Shown here piece by piece: positions 47,761 through 61,397 of a stretch of 64,000 nt of DNA. Position numbers and translations under genes: made by a program. The notes under the pieces were generated by a model. It saw nothing but the letters and a program-made list of their open reading frames with translations, searched no databases and was not told the origin of the DNA. Source of the DNA: Eledone cirrhosa (lineage: Eukaryota). Positions within the stretch are counted from its first letter, which is position 1, and each line of letters starts with the position of its first letter. The DNA is taken from NCBI GenBank assembly GCA_964016885.1, contig OZ024752.1, positions 31,434,001-31,498,000 on the forward strand. The letters are read 5' to 3'.

Positions 47761-50700
47761 TTCCGTCAGTCAACGCGATCAGTCGCATATTTTGGCGCGG
47801 GAGACTATTTATTAAATTTAAGATGAATACTATCTCCGACAGTAATGCCACAACTACAGTCAGGTTGAATAACTGGTTATTCTTCTAACTATCCCTTCTG
47901 AAGACACCTTTTATTCGAATTCGTAGAGATATCCGACTAAATACATAATTCATTTTACAAGGATTTGCTACAAACAGCATGGCTGAACACAACATCAACA
48001 AGAAAATTAAGGAAGTATCGAAGACAAATAACAAAGAAGGTATTCAAACTTTATTCAGTTGTAACTACAGAAGAAACCGAAATTATAAATCGCATTTCTC
48101 TTGGAGTTGCGAACTTAATAATCATTTATTTAATTGTTATAAAATGGCAAAAAACAATCCCTCCATTGGCTATATGAATAGAATGAAGCTACACTGGGAC
48201 GAAATGCACCCAGAGCTAAATTATTTCACAGCGAAACAATTACGCCAACATGCGACGTTTGTTGAACGTAAAAATAAGATAAATATTATTAATTGTAAGT
48301 CCCCCACAACAAACATGGAATCAACAACACGTGCTACAGATCGCCATGCTACTAGACTTCCTAGCAGCCAGGTCGAACAGCGCCTTGAAACAACTATGCC
48401 TGTACCATCTAAGTCTACCTCGAATGCTGGGGAAAACACTATCGATAATAATAATAATCGAAGAAATAATAATAATAATTGAATAAATGGGACACCACGT
48501 ATACCATCCAAGTCTACCTCGACTGTTGTGGAAAATACTATCGATAATGATAATCAAAAGTATAAACAATTGAAAATTTCCCTCAACGAAATCTTCCAGA
48601 GAGAAATTAACACATGTATAAATATCTCTCTGGCTGAACGAGTTAAAATGACAATGGTGAATAAAAAACCAAATAATGAAATACTACGAGTTATTGACGA
48701 AACAGGGGATGAATATTTACGACGGATAAAACCCCCAACATTTTGGCAAATCAACGCCTGTTTATATGCCTTAGCAATGACAGTGAAGCATTATCTTGGT
48801 GATAGCAGAGATATTATCAAGAACAAAACACCACCAAAAATACCATCATATATAACTAAAATAGAAAAAAAGAGTGCTGACCTACGAAAATACATAGGAC
48901 ATGTGATAATGCTCCTTACATGCAAACAAACACACAAAAAAACTCACTCCTCACCAACAAAGAGTGAAAAATAAAATAGAGACGATGTTTGGTAACAGTA
49001 GAACCAGAACTCTCCAATATAAGCTGATCACCCTCAAACAAGAATTGAGAGCTGTTAGCGAAAAACGCCGATACCTGAAGAAGGTAGATGAGAGAAAAAT
49101 GCTTAATAAAAGATTCAGACAAAACCAAACATCAGTCTATAGAGATATGAAGGGCAAAATAATAAGTGTCACTGAGGCCCCATCCCAGAAAGACATAGAT
49201 TCCTTTTGGAGAAAAATATGGGGTGAAAAGAAGAATTTCAACCAAGATGCAGTGTGGCTAAGAGAAATCCGAAAGAACTATTACTCCTACATTACAACAA
49301 AAACATACGAAATAAGTGAGGGTACCCTTGAGACTGTGATAGGAAAACTCCAAGATAAGAAAACACCAGGAAGAGACATGATTGTCGGCTACTGGTACAA
49401 AAAACTAATATTCTATCGGAGGTATCTTACTGACCTTTACCAACAAGTTCTTAAGGGAGATACACTTATACCAGAATGGTTGACATTAGCACAAACGTTA
49501 CTGGTCCCCAAGAACAAAGACACCCATTTGGCAAAAAACTACCGACCCATTGCATGCCAGAACCTGATGTATAAGATGTATACAGCCTGCCTCAACCTAT
49601 TCCTCCAAGATCACTGTGAAAATAATAACATCATCACAGATGAACAAGCAGCTGGAAAGAAAAGGGTTTGGGGATGTGCTGAACAACTCCTAATCAACAA
49701 AACTGCGATGTCGGAGGTGCGACAACTTAGGAGGAATATGACTACAGTCTGGCTGGACTACAAGAAAGCTTTTGATTCTGTTCCCCACTCTTGGATGATA
49801 GAGGCCCTCCAACTTTCTAAAGTCCCAGACATTATTGTCAGAGCCATAGAGAGGCTGTCTTCTTCTTGGGCTACTATCCTAAGGTTAAAGACAGAGAGGG
49901 AGGACTCTATTTTCACTGATAAAATAAAATATTGCAGGGGTATATTTCAGGGGGACAGTCTCTCTGTGATATTGTTCATCTTGTCATTAAACCCCTTGTC
50001 CTTTCTGCTCAAGAAATGTGAGGGATACATCATTGGCTCACAGGAGGACAGAAATACGAACCTAACCCATAACTTCTTTGTGGACGACCTGAAACTCTAT
50101 GCCAAGAACATGGATGGGATGAAGAAAAATCTTGACCTGGTTACAACGTTCTCAAAGGATATAGGAATGGAGTTTGGCCAAGATAAATGCTCATACATGA
50201 CTGTAAAGCGGGGAAAAACAACAACCCAATCTAGCAACATTGTCATCAATGGTCTAACTGTTTCACCGATATCTGATGAGGACTGCTACAGATACCTGGG
50301 GATAGATGAGAACATATCCTATAATGGTATCTGTAATAAAGAACGCGTAACCAGGGAATATTACACCCGATTAAGAAAGATCTGGTCATCGGAACTCTCT
50401 GCGCAAAACAAAACAGTGGCTCACAATGTGTTTGGTGTGCCTGTCCTAACACCAACGTTTGGAATACTCAATTGGACGATAGACGAAATCCGAGCAGTTG
50501 ATGTTGGAACTCGAAAAATACTGAACAACACCGGAAACTTCCACATCAACAGTGACATAGACCGCCTTTACTTGAAACGTAAGTAGGGAGGCAGAGGCCT
50601 AACATCAGTCCAGACAACATTTGAATGTCGCATCATATCTCTCCGACAACATCTACGAACCTCGAAGCGTAGGAGCCCGATTCTCGAGCAAGTCTATCTG

Positions 50701-51860
50701 CATGAAACAGATAAGATCATGAGAGTTGGGAAGGAACTCCTTGAGAGATATTCCCTGTGTGATAATCAAAAATTCACACCCAGGGATGTTGCTCAGCAGT
50801 ATCGCAGTGAATCCATGGATGAAACACTGCATGCCTATCAGCAAAAAATCATGCATGGATATGTTGCCAGGAAGCTCCAAAGTGAGAGTAATATAGATAA
50901 GGAAAGTAGTCTATCTTGGACCAACAACCGCTATATTGGCTCCCACTTTGAAGGATACGCTTTTGCAATCCAAGAACAGGAGATTAGCACGAAATACCTG
51001 ATTCACAAAAGAGATAGGGATGCAGGCAAAACACCTAGATGTGATAACAAGTGCAGACTCTGCAGAACTAACATCGAGGATATCACCCATGTCATCAGCA
51101 GCTGCCCAAAGATGTCATCGCGGTACTATCTACCTATGAGGCATGATGTAGTGGCCAAAACACTGTACAATGCAGTTCGTAAAAAGGATAGCCCCGATAA
51201 TAAACACATTAAAAGCTACAACAATGTGGAAGACATCCATGTACATAATATGAAAGAGTACTGGTGGAATGTTCCAGTAAAAACCCCAATAAAATGCAGG
51301 CATAACAGACCAGATATTATGATATGGGACAGGGAGAAGAAAACATGCACAGTAGTGGAAATTGGCTGCCCAGCAGATGCCAATATAATATCAAAGATTA
51401 GTGAAAAGGAGAATATTTATGCAGAACTGATGAGAAATCTCCAGATACTCCACCCTGATTACACCTTCAGATTTATGCCTGTAGTTATTGGGGCACTGGG
51501 ATATGTTAGTAACTGCCTCAATACAAATCACGAGAAGCTAGGCTTCACAGGAACAGAAAGAACACAACTAGTTAGGAAATTACAAGTACAATCCATTAAT
51601 GGAACAGTAAAAGATATGTAAAACATTCCAAAAATTTTGCATCTAATAACTGCATATACACATGTACACATGCACACATACAACTCAAAACATCCACATC
51701 CACACATACAATAACATCCATATCTACACATGCATGCATGCAGACATACATACATATCTACCTAGTTGATGTTGTGTAAATTCCAAAGTCTTGTGTCTAT
51801 GTTAGAAACCGACTCTCTTTCTATTGGTAAAACTTTGTGAAATTATAAAACCAGAAGAAC
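47761..51860 (+). mobile_element. Near full-length R4-like RLE retrotransposon (family 1) in (ACAT)n; 3' fragment at 47631-47742
   Basis: ACAT repeats on both sides; 3' end AAAACCAGAAGAAC|ATAC in both copies. Confidence 0.88.
47979..51621 (+). pseudogene. Disrupted single ORF: RT, CCHC and RLE
   Basis: YRPIACQN, DYKKAFDSVPH, GIFQGDSLS, FVDD, CRLC..EDITHVISSC, RHD, RPDIMIWD..VEIGCP; stop at 48480, frameshift near 48950, stop at 50584. Confidence 0.88.
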
Positions 51861-52370
51861 ATACATACATACATACATACATACATACATACAAAAAAGC
51901 GCAGCTCCCTAATTCATAGTCTACAAATGGCTGCGATAGCTGGCACCTTCAAAATTTGCAAAACATTCTTGCGATTCAAGGGATGACAATTTCTTTTCTT
52001 TTACAACCTTGCCACCAGGAAGGTGGCCGGTCAAAAAAATATACTCGAAATTAAGAGAAAGAGAAAACATACATACATACATGGTGGCCGCCAACTCGTT
52101 TTCGAGTACGGCCACTACTTTATATCCATGTAGGAGAACCCGTACCGATGCGCTGAACGAGTGTGACTTTTTAGTCCAGCCAGCGACTTGAAAACTCTGG
52201 TACAAACACTACACTTGTGACAATTATTGACACATAGTGCTGGGCCCATGGTACCATGTGACGACAAGTGCAGAGAGATCTCCAGATATAAAGCAATGCC
52301 TGTGCCGTGAAGCTTTTATAGTGAGCAAAGGCACTGCACAAAGCCAGTCCCACTCTCTTAACCAAGATGA

Positions 52371-52404
<34 letters not shown>

Positions 52405-53019
52405 CAATCGATTTAACGAGATTCACTTTACTCGGTAACCGAAGGAAGTCTGTGCACTTGTCGATCGATTCAATGAACCAATCAATCAATTACTGCCTAA
52501 TTAAACATACATTGATTTTACAGTGTTCATAACTAAAGCCCTCTCTCTAATCCGTTGAACTGATCAAGCTTCAGATGAGTACAGTCGGCTATAAATTTGA
52601 TTGAACGGAAACATTATGTCCAGATATGTAAACCTGTTTAATTTGCCTGTAATAAATATGTGTAAACAGATATTTTACACTGCGAGTTGTCAAACCTGTC
52701 AACTTCCCCCCGCCCGACAGGGAGATCTCCCACCCACTTTGGGGTGAGTTAGAGATGTATTCTCTCATGAAAATGAATATAGCTTTTATTATGTAAAATC
52801 TCCCCATTTTGCCTCATTTCTCTCCGTTTTGGGGGCACTTTTTTTTCATGGTACTCCCCGTTCGTGTTTTTAGAGGTTGGCAGGTCTGAGTTATATTGAA
52901 TAATTTCATATTTCTGTACCACAAAATAAACAACAAATACATTTAGGTTTTTAGAGGATAGCAGGTCTGTTGTGGTATTTAACAATTGTTATACCTCAAA
53001 ATAAACAATTAATACACAC

Positions 53020-53215
53020 GTGTGTACAATATGGAGATTTAGCACATGTGTCAGTCAACGAAGGAGTCAAGAGCATGAAGTAAACTTAGCAGGACATTGT
53101 GTAAGACACGTAGAAGAATGGGCATAAAATATTAGGTGCTGTGGAAACCAACAAGAGTTGGTCACAGAGCAATAACATACATTGATACCCTACTGAAAGA
53201 CATTGGGATTCAGCA
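53020..53215 (+). pseudogene. Old RTE-clade LINE C-terminal fragment
   Basis: Broken frames give YGDLAHVS, LAGHCVRH, VLWKPTRVGHRAITYIDTLLKDIG, homologous to the 6307 fragment. Confidence 0.55.
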
Positions 53216-53729
53216 ATGTTGATAAATTGAGAATTTCAATAGTGGACAGGGAGGATTTTTTTCCTTGAGCTATTTTGATTATAAAGGATTATTGTGAGTT
53301 TTAACTCAATATATACTTTTGATATATATTTATATATATATATCAAAAGTATATATATTCATATAAATATTTATATATACATACACACATACACACACGT
53401 ATGCACACAAATGAAGAATTGCCTGATGTGTTTATATTTGTATATATCGATTATCGATGATATTATATTGTGTTGTGTGATACAAGGGAAGTAATTTTTT
53501 GAAATTAGTAATGTTTGTTATTTTTACCTTTTTATGTGTAAAGAAATGTTGCATTACATCGTTTTCATCTATAATTTTGACTTTAAAGGAATGGATATTA
53601 ATGGCAATGGAAAGATACTCCCCAAAACCAGAGAAAACCCGGGGAATGTTGCAAGTTTATAATTATAAAGAAAGAAATTCTAAAAATCTGAAATTAAATT
53701 TGAATTTTAGAAATCTGAACTGTTTATTA

Positions 53730-54818
53730 ATTGTTTCTACTTTTAGCACAAGGCCAGCATTTACCCAGTGTATTACTGGTACTTTATTTTATCAACCCCG
53801 TAAGGATGAAAGGCAAAGTTAACCTCGGCAGGATTTGAACTCAGAATGGCAAGGGCCGTAACTCTATGCGTCAAAGCATGGCGTCCGACCCTCTACCGAT
53901 ACTGCCCATCCACCGCCCTGTTTAATAATGATTTCTAGTATAGACACAAGGCCAGTAATTTAGTGGGAGGGGAAAGTCGATTAAATCTACCCCAGTGCGT
54001 TACTGGTACTTTATTTTATCGACCTCGTGAGGATGAAAGGCAAAGTTAACCTCGGCGGCATTTGAACTCCGCCCTTGAACTGTTTAATAATTGTTTGTGA
54101 TTTAGGCACTGGACCAACAATTTAGGAGAGGATTAAATTGACCCAAATAAGTTACTGGTACTTTATTTTATTGACCCCGTAAGGGCGAAAGGCAAAGTAT
54201 TCCATTTCATTACAGAACTCGAAACAAAACTAGTTAGAAAAATAGGATAACAAGAATAAAATCAAGATGAGCTGTGGGGCTTTTATTTTTAATAAAATTC
54301 AGATCAAAGATGAACTTCTAGATACATCAGCCGTGAAAAATAACTTAACAGCTAAACAAATTTAACGTGATCGGAACAATCGGGCTGTACTACATATACT
54401 TGTATGTACACACGCACGTAATTGTTTCTACTTTTGGCACAGGGCCAGCAATTATTAAAAATTTATTTTATCGACCCCGTAAGGATGAAAGGCAAAGTTA
54501 ACCTTGGCGGGATTTGAACTCAGACCATAAAGGGACGTAACTCTATGCTGGAAAGCATGGTGTCCGACTATCCACCGATACTGCCAATTCATGCGCACAT
54601 AATAAAATATATAGTGTCCCAAAAAATGTATACACACTTCAACAGCATTCTAATTAATTGTTTCTACTTTTGGCACAAGGCCAGCAATTACCGAGTGCAT
54701 TACTGGTACTTTATTTTATCGACCCCATAACCTCAGCGGGATTTAAACTCAGACCATAAAGGGCCGTAACTCTTTGCTGCAAAGCATGGCGTCTGACCCT
54801 CTACCGATAGTGCCAATC
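53730..54818 (-). mobile_element. Cluster of five SINE copies or fragments
   Basis: Reverse complement of SINE consensus near 53730, 53928, 54090, 54422 and 54659. Confidence 0.8.
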
Positions 54819-54887
54819 AACAGCATTCTAATTAATATTGCCTGTACAGGTAATCAAAGTATGTATACATTTTTGGGAGACACCTTG

Positions 54888-54967
<80 letters not shown>

Positions 54968-55021
54968 GGAGAGAGAGACACAGAGAGAGTGAGAGAAAGT
55001 GTATATATATATGTATATTAC

Positions 55022-55116
55022 TCAAGAGTCTGATGAGCTATTGATACTAGAGTCTAGACCGATCGATACGGATCGAACCTTGAGCTGATCAATCATGAAA
55101 CGCACGTCACACCTGA
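55022..55116 (+). ncRNA. Decayed hammerhead (family C); 5'-truncated relative at ~43919-44000
   Basis: CTGATGA-GCTATTGAT...ATCAATCAT-GAAA-CGCACG-TC; stems partly mismatched. Confidence 0.55.
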
Positions 55117-55410
55117 ATAAACTTAATGGTGATACTCTGACATCTCGTTTCTACTTATATATATATATATATATATCCCAAATTGTAGAAATCTTATAAC
55201 GAAACGGCCGTCTGGAAGGAAAGAGATATTTATTTAATAATGTCTCATATAAAATAATACAACCAGCTATCCACGAAATACTGATTAGTTAGCACCCCAA
55301 ACACTAAATTAGGATAATACTTAAGTATATCCTAATGTTTGTTGAGTGAGATGGAGTTGGTCGGAGTATCGCTTAAGGCTTTCTCTGTTTATGTATTGTA
55401 TATATATATA

Positions 55411-55463
55411 TGTAAGTATGTATGTATACGTACATACATATATGTATACAAACGTACAGTAGC

Positions 55464-55534
<71 letters not shown>

Positions 55535-55848
55535 TACAGGCACACATATATATATGCACGTATCAGTTTACCGAACATTTATTATAGGCTGCTCAGCCGT
55601 TAATTTTCATAAGGAAAGTATATACTTTCGAACGTTCAACCATCTGGCAGAAAGGTATAAGGTGCTGACGATAGCTAACAAGCTTGAAACTAGTACATCG
55701 TTCCTGTGTCAGTGTTGAACAAAAAGGTGACGTGGTTGCCTGAACACTGTACGGCGTAAATTCAGGCTGTCCGTTTGTTTACAAGCGGACAAAGCGAACA
55801 TTATAATAAATGTTCGGTAAACTGATACGTACATATATATATGTGTGC

Positions 55849-55910
<62 letters not shown>

Positions 55911-55963
55911 GCTACTGTACGTCTGTATACATATATGTATGTACGTATACATACATACTTACA
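55411..55963. repeat. Inverted repeat (arms ~55411-55586 and ~55802-55963) around a ~215-bp spacer
   Basis: CGTATCAGTTTACCGAACATTTATTATA / TATAATAAATGTTCGGTAAACTGATACG; symmetry continues beyond the (TA)n tracts. Confidence 0.92.
55661..55699 (+). ncRNA. Minimal hammerhead (family L)
   Basis: GGTG-CTGACGA-tAGCT/AGCTt-GAAA-CTAG-TA|CATC. Confidence 0.72.
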
Positions 55964-56016
55964 TTTAAGTAAGTGCCGTACTAAGAGTGAGAAATGAAAT
56001 TTCGTTTCATTCTATT

Positions 56017-56069
<53 letters not shown>

Positions 56070-56327
56070 CCTGACCGACGAGGTATTGAAACAACAGCAC
56101 TTATAGCAATGTATTTAAGAGCCGGCTGTCAGGTTGTCGCCCAACCTGCTGAATGTAGTCGCCAAGTCGCCTTCAAACCACACACTGCCGTTTTGACGAC
56201 ATATTGGAAAATGTAGTTTTAGATACACTACGGCTGCATAAAAGAATGGGATGGTCATGGATGGAATGCTTTTCATCGTAAATTTGCCTAATTGGTCTAA
56301 ATGCAACTGAACAAGCAGCAACAATAA

Positions 56328-57000
56328 TGCCAGCAATTTTGGGGTAGGGGAAAGTCGATTAAATCGACCCAGTACATTACTGGTACTATATTTAATCGAC
56401 CCCGTAAGGATGAAAGGCAAAGTTAACATCGGCAGTATTTGAACTCAGACCGTAAAGGGTCGTAACTCTATGTTGCAAAGCATGTGGTCCGACGCCTATC
56501 CGCTGCCCTCAGCACCAACAATAATAACAAGACATATATTATCTACGATTTCCTTTATTTATTACTGGTTAGAGAATTGGATTCGAAATTGTGAGGTTGC
56601 GAGTTCGATTCCCTGACTGGGAGATGTGTTGTGTCCTTGAGCAAGCTACTTTATTTCACGTTGTTTCATTCTGCCAGGAGTTGCAACCGCTATATAGTAT
56701 TAGCAATGGAAAGACCAATGGAAACGTTGTTTCCTTGGTCCGATTTTACCAGTTCCACCCTAACTCCAGCTAAATGGCAGAGTTGTTAAGACGTCAGATA
56801 GAATGCTTTACGGTATTCTTCCCACCCCATTGCGCGCTCTGAGTTCAAATCCGGCCGAGGTCAACTTTGCCTTTCATCCTTTCGAGGTCGATAAAAAAAG
56901 TACCAGTCCAGTACTGGGGTCGATTCTTCCTCTATAGAAAAAATCCGGCTGTGTTCAGACCTGGAGAGAGTAGGATTCCACCAAGTGTAAAAGTGCCCTA
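56328..57000. mobile_element. SINE cluster (56328-56505 -, ~56565-56700 +, ~56770-57000 +)
   Basis: SINE core and B-box motifs. Confidence 0.7.
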
Positions 57001-57680
57001 GACACGTCGTATGACGGTACCTCTACGACCCCACAAGGAGTTATGGGGTCTTTATCCTGTCCCCTTATATACCCCACCCCCAACTCAGTAAGCGAATGAG
57101 GTCTGGGACCTTGTCGATCGATCGATTTTTGAATATGTTTTCATTCATATTCATAATTAAATCATTAGCATGTTCAGTTATTTATTTTCTATTATTGATC
57201 ACATATTCTATTAATTATATCAGCTAATTTCTTTTTACTGTCATGCTTAAATTTTTATATTTATCTCTGAAAAAAACTTTAGTCATTTTCTTAAAAGAAA
57301 CTTTTAATGGCCGCGGGCGGCGGTGGGGTTGGGTGAATGCATTTAAACGTAGTTCAGAGACTTTTAAAAAAAAACTAAAACAGAAAAAAACACACAATCG
57401 AAAGTCACAAGCATAAAATAAAACTAATAATTAAATAAACAAAAAAAAAAATAGAGACGAAATTAAATTTTCGAACTATACCCAAGTATTTTAGGAAAGG
57501 AACAATTTATTAGTATAATTAGTGTAATTAATTTGTGTGTTATCATTAATTTACTGGTTCATTGACGTCATATGAACATTGAATGCTGTGGAACTGGTGG
57601 TAATTTCTCGATGAACCAAACCGGAGAACAGGTTTCGATTCCTAACGATAATAAATTCCTGTAATCTATAATTGTTGATA

Positions 57681-57882
57681 TACGAGAGTCGGTTGTAAAG
57701 GTTCATAGACTGATCAAGATACTCTCATGGAATGACCAAATGAGGTTTATTTTTCAACATAGTCCCTGGAAAGGAAGAATGCAGTTATTAATAAGAAGAG
57801 TTGAAATTAATGCATGAAAGATTTCACAGCTCTTGCAATCACTCTTTCTTGGTCAGCCTATGAATTTTTCAGTCAACCCTAG
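57681..57882. mobile_element. ~200-bp mariner-type MITE
   Basis: TACGAG..AAAGGTTCATAGACTGA / TCAGCCTATGAATTTTTCA; same family as 36583 and 63635. Confidence 0.75.
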
Positions 57883-58020
57883 CAATTGCTGTTGTTTAGC
57901 TCCCACGTCAGTCGTGATCAACCATTCTTATGAGAAATATCATTCCAGCCATGACTATCCCGTCGTTTGTTATTTTTAAGGTAGGGTATCTAGGATCAAA
58001 TTATTCAATGTGCTCTTCCT

Positions 58021-58295
58021 TGCGTGGCCTAGTGGTAAGGGTGTTGGACTTACGATCATAATGTCATGGGTTCGATCCCTAAGTTGTGTGTTGTGTTCTA
58101 GAGCAAAACACTTCATTTCACGTTGCCCCATGTACTCAGCTGCAAGTTAGCCCCAGCAGTGACTGGGGGTTTAACCCTGCAATGGTCTGGCGTTCTGTCC
58201 ATGGGAGAGTCTTGTACTCTTAATAGCTTATCGCCACAGACACCGGGATAAGTACAACTCTGATGAGTTTCCAGGCTCGTGACAGACTTTAGACA
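58021..58295 (+). mobile_element. tRNA-derived SINE of a different family
   Basis: A-box TGGCCTAGTGG, B-box GGTTCGATCCC, TTGTGTTCTAGAGCAAAACACTT body shared with ~56630. Confidence 0.7.
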
Positions 58296-58647
58296 TTCTT
58301 TTATATGACACTGAAATATTCTATTTTAAGGATATGTGGTTGCTATTTCTAGCAGACTCGTCATTTCTTATGTTAATTAGAACAAAAAAAAAAACGGTCG
58401 GTTTTTTTTTTTTCTATTTGGTTCCTTTGTGTGATGAGTGATGCAAATTTCATAAGGTGTCCTTAAAACTACTTCAATTCCAGATATATTCATCTATGGA
58501 ACCCTTCTTTTGAGAAGACTTCGGGATTGACAGACTGTCATAAGTACACTCAAATTCATTCAATACACCGAGCCCTTCATCTACAAATGTGTGCCGATGC
58601 TAGAAATTATTAATATATTATTAATTATTATTATTATTATTATTATT

Positions 58648-59476
58648 AGGGTGGTGAATTGGCAGTATCGCTAGAGCGTCATAAACCATGCAACACAGAG
58701 TTGTGGCCCTTTAAATTCTGAGTTCAAATCTCGCCGAGTTTAACTTTGCCTGTCGTCCTTATGGGGTCGATAAAATAAAGTACCAGTAACGTACTGGAGA
58801 AATTGCTGGCCTTGTGTCAAAGGTAGAAACAATTATTATTATTATTTTATTGGTGGATTAGCAGTATCTGTAGAGGGTCTGACGCCATGCTTTGCAGCAA
58901 AGGGTTACGGCCCTTTATGGTCTGAGTTCAAATCCCGCTGAGGCTAACTTTGCCTTTCATCCTTACGGGGTCGATAAAATAAAGCACCAGTAATACACTG
59001 AGATATTTGCTGGTCTTTTGCTAAAAGTAGAAACAATTATTTTATTTTATTTTTGCTTGTTATGAATTTTGTATTCTCAAAAAAAAAAAAAAAAATTAGA
59101 TATCATTCCATGAACCAAAGAAAAGTTAATAAAAAAAAAAATTTACCATAATTCTAATCATATTTTCTGAAATGGAATACATTAAATACCTTTCAAACAA
59201 TTACCTTTCTCATGACTATTACAAGAAATATTAATTTAGCGATCAAAGAAAATATCGGCTAAAAAACAAAGAAACAACTGTGGAATTCTCTTTAAACAAA
59301 ATACAATAACTGTTTCTACTTTTGGCACAAGGCCAGCAATTACCCAGTTCATTACTGGTACTTTATTTTAAAGATGAAAGGCAAAGTTAACCTCGGCGGG
59401 ATTTGAACTCAGATCGTAAAGGGATGTAACTCTTTGCGTCAAAGCATGGCGTCCGACCCTCTACTGATACTGCCAA
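58648..59476. mobile_element. Three SINE copies (58648-58831 +, 58851-59035 +, 59310-59476 -)
   Basis: SINE consensus. Confidence 0.82.
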
Positions 59477-60100
59477 AAAATACAATAACGCCAGTGGCAA
59501 AGGGAACGTCAGACGCTACGTTTAAGTGGGAAAATATTCACAATGAACTTTACAAAAAATATTGCCCCATTGACTGTTATTTTATTCATATCAGCAAATA
59601 CAGAAAGCCATCTCCAGGCATATTTCAGTATTATTATACCCCCTCAATAACTTCACAGTACCATGCCGAAATAGTGATAAGATAATCAATAAATATTACT
59701 GTAGAAGGGTAACCAGAGTGATTTACTACTAGTTCTAGAAATAGGACGAGGCTATACTGGGGCACACTCATGGAGAAAATGAATACAAAAAAGGTAAAGT
59801 AAAATATTTTAGTTGAAGAATGAAAAAGAACATAAATGTAGAACAAAGAAATTATAAAAATAAAATAGTAAAAATATCGTATTTTTATTTAAAAGATATT
59901 GACACCATATTTCGAAACGGATATCAGGATTTACAAAACGGAAATTCAAGTATTCAGAGGCATTACCCTCCACCATTCTCCTTCACTATCTCCCTCGCCA
60001 TCAATTACCCCTACTCTTTCTTTCTCTCTCGCATCTTGACTGTATACTAATGTCACCATCTATCTATATAGGTATGTACGTACTTACTACATATGTATTT

Positions 60101-60138
<38 letters not shown>

Positions 60139-60198
60139 AAATATATTAAAGAGATAAATAGATACATACATATATATAAATATACACATACATATATA

Positions 60199-60230
<32 letters not shown>

Positions 60231-60239
60231 CATATTTAT

Positions 60240-60284
60240 CTGATGATTTCTCACGAATGAAACAGTTCTAGTCCTGTAGAAGCT

Positions 60285-60285
<1 letters not shown>
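60240..60285 (+). ncRNA. Hammerhead remnant (family K) lacking the 5' strand of stem I
   Basis: CTGATGA-tTTC/GAAt-GAAA-CAGttctagtcCTG-TA|GAAGCT, then (TA)n. Confidence 0.6.
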
Positions 60286-60351
<66 letters not shown>

Positions 60352-60364
60352 GTATATATATATG

Positions 60365-60453
<89 letters not shown>

Positions 60454-60545
60454 ATATATATATATATAGAGCACTCTTCACTCCTATGACTTTTTAAATT
60501 TTCAACGGAAACTTCAATACTTATAAATATATATATATATATATA

Positions 60546-60969
60546 TACTGATTAATGTTCAGAGCCATCCTCAGCATTCTCGTGTAGCACCCATCCACCA
60601 TCTGAGTGAGTTTCTTGGTCAGTGTCCAAGTCTCAGACCCATACAGCAGCACAGACTCCACTACAGCAATGAAGAGGCGGATTTTCAGGTCTCTACGAAG
60701 GTCCGACTTCCACACCGATCTCAAGCTGTGGCACGCCGCCCAGGCCTTGCTCTTCCTCTCAACCACATCATCTTCCGTATTCCCAATCTTTGCTCCCAAA
60801 TACAGGAAGCCCTCAACCAATTCCAGCGGCTTCCCGCCTACATTAGTGATCCCCTATGGCTTCTCAACATTCTCTACCAGATATTTTGTTTTAGTCTCAT
60901 TCATTCTCAGCCCCACACTCATCGACACAGTCTCAACCTCCCGCATCAAATCCTCTGCCTCCTTCACTG

Positions 60970-60970
<1 letters not shown>
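60546..60970 (-). pseudogene. RTE-clade LINE internal fragment between (TA)n tracts
   Basis: FLYLG..ESVLLYGSETWTL..DGCYTRMLRMAL; overlaps the 6307 fragment with near identity. Confidence 0.82.
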
Positions 60971-60993
<23 letters not shown>

Positions 60994-61000
<7 letters not shown>

Positions 61001-61397
61001 TGGTAAACGGAATAGAAAATGCTGACAAATTGTTCACAGTTGAAAAATGGTTTAATTAGGAATAAAAGAGTATTAGTGATTGTATGGGTTAGTATTCAGT
61101 TGTGGTTTTAAGTTTTTAAGTTTTTACCGGTTGCGCATTTCTAAATGCTTTTCAAAAATAATTTTGAGATAGAGTGTCCGTGCTGTTTGCTCTGATCTGA
61201 GCAAACAGCACGGACACTCTATCTCAAAATTATTTTTGAAAAGCATTTAGAAATGCGCAACCGGTAAAAACTTAAAAACTTAAAACCACAACTGAATACT
61301 AACCCATACAATCACTAATACTCTTTTATTCCTAATTAAACCATTTTTCAACTGTGAACAATTTGTCAGCATTTTCTATTCCGTTTACCAATATATA
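60994..61397. repeat. Near-perfect fold-back palindrome (~199-bp arms)
   Basis: Apex GCTC-tgatct-GAGC at ~61195. Confidence 0.95.
61233..61270 (+). ncRNA. Hammerhead-like motif, U3-A8 and A13C variant (family M); mirror at 61121-61158 (-)
   Basis: TTT-TTGAAAA-GCATTT/AAATGC-GCAA-CCGG-TA|AAA. Confidence 0.45.

Noticed and set aside
58021-58085. tRNA gene
   Set aside because: A and B boxes are present but there is no acceptor stem, and it continues into a SINE body
58258-58290. CTGATGA hammerhead core at a SINE 3' end
   Set aside because: Followed by GTGA instead of GAAA, with no stem III
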